A DNA stretch of 63,696 nucleotides, counting the filler, from Octopus bimaculoides (taxonomy: Eukaryota), in NCBI RefSeq assembly GCF_001194135.2. It is 8 parts of 7 records of this genome, joined end to end, with 100 filler letters (N's around TTAATTAATTAA, not from the genome) between each part and the next. Parts side by side here need not be neighbours in the genome. Positions count along the whole stretch, not along the records: positions 62,495 to 63,696 come from NW_026380656.1; 7 more parts are not named here. The stretch is one strand, 5' to 3'. A program made the position numbers and the translations under genes. This document shows positions 63,078-63,696 of the stretch, in pieces. Within the stretch, counting starts at the first letter, position 1. Every line of letters begins with the position of its first letter. Below the pieces are notes generated by a model. It made no database searches and had not been told where the DNA came from. It worked only from the letters and a program-made list of their open reading frames with translations.

Positions 63078-63400
63078 ATAGGTGCAGGTGTGACTGTGTG
63101 GTAAGAAACTTGGTTCCAAAACACATAGTCCTGAGTTCAGTACCACTGTGTGGTGACTTGGCATGTGTCTTCTGCTATCGCCTCAGACCAACCAAAGCCT
63201 TGTGAGTGGATTTTGTAGACAGAAACTGAAAGATATCAATCGTATATATATATGTATGTATATATGTAAGTGTATGTGTGTGTCTTTGTCTCTGTGTTTC
63301 TCCCTCATCAGAGCTTCACAACTGCTGTTCGTTTATTTACATCCCCATAACTTACTGGTTACATCTCTCTTGCAGAAAAAAATACGAGAAGGTTGAATGC
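63078..63400 (+). mobile_element. SINE family A, degenerate, short internal microsatellite
   Basis: Head GGTGTGACTGTGTGGTAAGAAAC...AAAGCCTTGTGAGTGGATTTTGTAGACAG, microsatellite, eroded 3' module. Confidence 0.7.
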
Positions 63401-63439
63401 TCCCCATTCAGCAAAGCTTCCTTATTCCTCTTCAGTTAT

Positions 63440-63610
63440 TCAAGTGTTGGTGAAAAATACCATGCGATATTACGTTCATTGCGTACTGAGTTTAAAATGA
63501 AACCTACTGGGGTAAACTTTGTCTTTCATCCTTTTGGGGTCAATAAAATACAGTCCCAGTCAAGTACTGGGGTCGATGGTTTTGACTATTTCTCTCCACT
63601 AAATATCCTA
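63440..63610 (+). mobile_element. SINE family B, degenerate
   Basis: CTTTGTCTTTCATCCTTTTGGGGTCAATAAAATA...CTGGGGTCGATG. Confidence 0.65.
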
Positions 63611-63696
63611 TTTCTTTGTAGTTTAATCATTTTCAACTTGATTTTCCCAAACTAAAATCACTGGATTTTGATTTTCTTCATTCCATTTCTACCTAG

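Noticed and set aside
216-63126. Numerous long ORFs of YI/HT/VC/ER/LS repeats or X runs
   Set aside because: Translations of microsatellites and assembly gaps.

Overview
AT-rich, microsatellite-dense animal genomic DNA from a gapped short-read scaffold. The SINE repertoire, the simple-repeat load and TTAGGG suggest an octopus or other coleoid cephalopod; this is an inference. I recognise no complete host gene, rRNA, true tRNA or CRISPR array, and almost all listed ORFs are translations of microsatellites or N runs. The interpretable content is mobile DNA: three tRNA-derived SINE families; L1/Tx1-type, R4/Dong-type, RTE and Penelope-like retroelements; Tc1, rosa-like (DD41D), mariner and Chapaev3 DNA transposon remnants; and several MITEs. 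The most notable observations are: (1) a 602-bp foldback MITE with perfect 37-bp TIRs, an 8-bp TSD and a central (CCCTAA)n/(TTAGGG)n palindrome, belonging to a GGATC-ended family that conserves a CCAAT+TGACGT motif; (2) two minimal hammerhead-ribozyme motifs of the Penelope type; (3) a Penelope element with a 5' inversion and Asn-rich linker inserts, absent from the ORF track; (4) a near-intact Tx1-type ORF1; (5) a SINE sharing its 3' end with an L1/Tx1 LINE; (6) (AAT)n tracts used repeatedly as landing pads; (7) two weak candidate host exons. All protein assignments come from hand translation and motif recognition, not database searches.
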